From NCBI RefSeq assembly GCF_000372725.1, contig NW_005201183.1, forward strand, positions 297,896 to 317,895: a stretch of 20,000 nt of DNA, in the 5' to 3' direction. The translations under genes were made by a program, and so were the position numbers. Under the pieces are notes generated by a model that was given only the letters and a program-made list of their open reading frames with translations, made no database searches and was not told the origin of the DNA. Below, piece by piece: positions 19,347-20,000 of the stretch (positions within the stretch are counted from its first letter, which is position 1; each line of letters starts with the position of its first letter). The stretch comes from Emiliania huxleyi CCMP1516 (taxonomy: Eukaryota).

Positions 19347-19787
19347 CTACGCCGCGCAGGCGGCGGAGATCGCCTTGACGATCGCGTCGGGCGACCCGCC
19401 CTGCTGGGCGCACAGGTCGGCCATCGTCGCGGAGAAGGAGAGCGCCTCCGGGTGCAGCTCGCCGCACGCCGACTTGTACGCCTTGTGCACGTCGTAGTGG
19501 CAGTCGACGTGCTGCGCGCCTGCAGAGAACAGCGTGCGACGAACCAGTCCGAGAGGGGCCCGAACAGTCGAGGGCAAGCGCAGTCGCCGCGCCGCGCGCC
19601 GTGCGCGCGCGGCGGCAGCGCCTCGATGCCGCCGTTGAGGCCAAGCCGCTGGGCGACCGCCTCGAACGTCTTGCGGGTGGAGAGGCGCGCCTTTTTCACA
19701 GCTGGAGGCGTGAAGAGACGCCGTTCACAGCCCGTCCGCGAGAGAGGGCGAGGCTGCGCGCCTGCACCAGCGCCACCAGCTCCTCTC
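19347..19787 (-). CDS. 3' exons (19787-19762, 19690-19609, 19519-19347) of a legumain/asparaginyl endopeptidase (C13) prodomain; gene continues beyond the window
   Basis: The spliced product GEELVALVQ|ARLSTRKTFEAVAQRL..LPP|RAQHVDCHYDVHKAYKSACGELHPEALSFSATMADLC..DAIVKAISAAC has the four-Cys spacing of the legumain prodomain (DC..CG..LANLC..I..AC). Two GC-AG introns. Confidence 0.6.
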
Positions 19788-19822
19788 CTGCCGCCGGCAA
19801 GTGGGGCGAGGAACGCGTCAGC

Positions 19823-19895
19823 GGGTGCGGTGCGGTGCGGTGCGGTGCGGTGCGGTGCGGTGCGGTGCGGCTGCGGCTGCGGTGCGGCTGCGGTG
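19823..19895. repeat. (GGTGC)n / (GGCTGC)n intronic microsatellite
   Basis: Directly visible. Confidence 0.9.
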
Positions 19896-20000
19896 CCGGC
19901 AGCTGACAGCAGCTGGGGCGGTGTGTGGGTGCGGCTGTGCGGGGAGGGGCCGGTGCACCGGTGCCTTTTAGGGGTGGGAGGGGGGGTGGGGCTTCACCTG

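Overview
High-GC, intron-rich eukaryotic DNA. Frequent GC-AG introns, 10-11 bp tandem repeats inside introns and a bipartite plastid-targeting signal suggest a haptophyte alga, probably Emiliania/Gephyrocapsa huxleyi or a close relative (inference). Gene models were spliced by eye. In order: the frameshifted 3' end of a non-LTR retrotransposon with a restriction-like endonuclease (1-659); TRAP-alpha (816-1939); a plastid-targeted protein with two SnoaL/NTF2 domains fused to a glutaredoxin lacking active-site cysteines (2562-5480), with a hAT-type MITE in one intron; an orphan ADAT3/Tad3 3' exon (6388-6595); the 3' part of a TIR-like-domain gene (7179-8007, -); a nested mobile-element cluster (8134-10989) with three copies of a tRNA-like-headed SINE-like element, one interrupted by a long-TIR foldback element; a secreted beta-lactamase-family serine hydrolase (11264-13227); an intronless, frameshifted receptor-like gene with extracellular repeats, TM helices and a HET-like domain (15700-18217, -); and the 3' exons of a legumain (19347-19787, -). 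Most notable signals: direct repeats spanning many intron boundaries plus a ~40 bp sequence shared by introns of unrelated genes (introner-like intron gain), a SINE head that folds as an anticodon-less cloverleaf with tRNA-Sec-like arm geometry, and membrane-anchored HET/TIR-like proteins.
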